Shown piece by piece: positions 63,451 to 64,000 of a stretch of 64,000 bases of DNA (positions within the stretch are counted from its first letter, which is position 1; every line of letters starts with the position of its first letter). This DNA is from Octopus vulgaris (taxonomy: Eukaryota), in contig OX597837.1 of the NCBI GenBank assembly GCA_951406725.2, forward strand, positions 25,854,001 through 25,918,000, in the 5' to 3' direction. Below the pieces are notes generated by a model. That model saw nothing but the letters and a program-made list of their open reading frames with translations, ran no database searches and was not told the DNA's origin. A program made the position numbers and the translations under genes.

Positions 63451-64000
63451 TCATAGAAATCCCAATAGAAATCCTTAAAAATCCACCACCAAAAAATAAC
63501 ACCCCACACAAAAACCTCATAAACAAAATATTTCTATATTCAGCCATCAACAATAAAGCAAAACATATATATGTGAAGGTGCATGATTTAGTGGTTAGAG
63601 CAGTGATTCTCAGCCAGGGTCCATATAAGATCTTTAGGGGTCCATGATTCATCATCAGCAGCATCATCATCATCGTCATTGTTATTTTAACATCCACTCT
63701 TCCATGCTTGCATGAGTTGGACAGAAATTGTTGAAGCATGTTTTCCTCAGCTGGATGTCGGCCCACTAGAAATAGCAACCAAATTCCCCTTAAACTGCAA
63801 CTCTCCCAAAAAGTACATATTGCTCAAAGTAGTCCCTGATATATATAGAAGACCTTGTGGTCACAGCTGGAATATAGTTCTCTCATTGATTAGGCCTAAC
63901 CCAGGGTTAAACAACATCATTATAGAACAATGGTTTTCATCTGAGGTTCATATGGCCCCTAAGGATCCATATAAGATTTGTTGGGGGGATCCACACAAGA

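Overview
AT-rich, microsatellite-saturated animal genomic DNA. The repeat families look like those of octopus (coleoid cephalopod); this is inferred from repeat content only. No long intact CDS is present, and most ORFs in the track are translations of microsatellites or repeats. The dominant feature is a 15.2-kb near-perfect tandem array of a 391/396-bp unit (38 full copies plus a partial, 20315-35476). It runs through a GC-rich junction into a ~154-bp array, which is fused directly to an RTE-LINE 3' end. The rest is a nest of mobile elements: many 5'-truncated RTE 3'UTRs (two with their 26-bp subrepeat expanded into ~1-kb minisatellites), an RTE RT fragment (YADD), four tRNA-derived SINE families, non-autonomous Helitron/Helentron-like elements, piggyBac/Tc1/hAT MITEs, a decayed DD37D (maT) transposase, and a 2.5-kb segment with ~295-bp inverted arms. 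Three Penelope-like fragments carry minimal type I hammerhead ribozyme motifs; one has a complete core with a U3-A8 covariation. Several small + strand candidate exons, including a phase-compatible 13/23/36-nt chain, suggest the window may be mostly intron of an unidentified gene, but this is unproven. Repeat boundaries are approximate.
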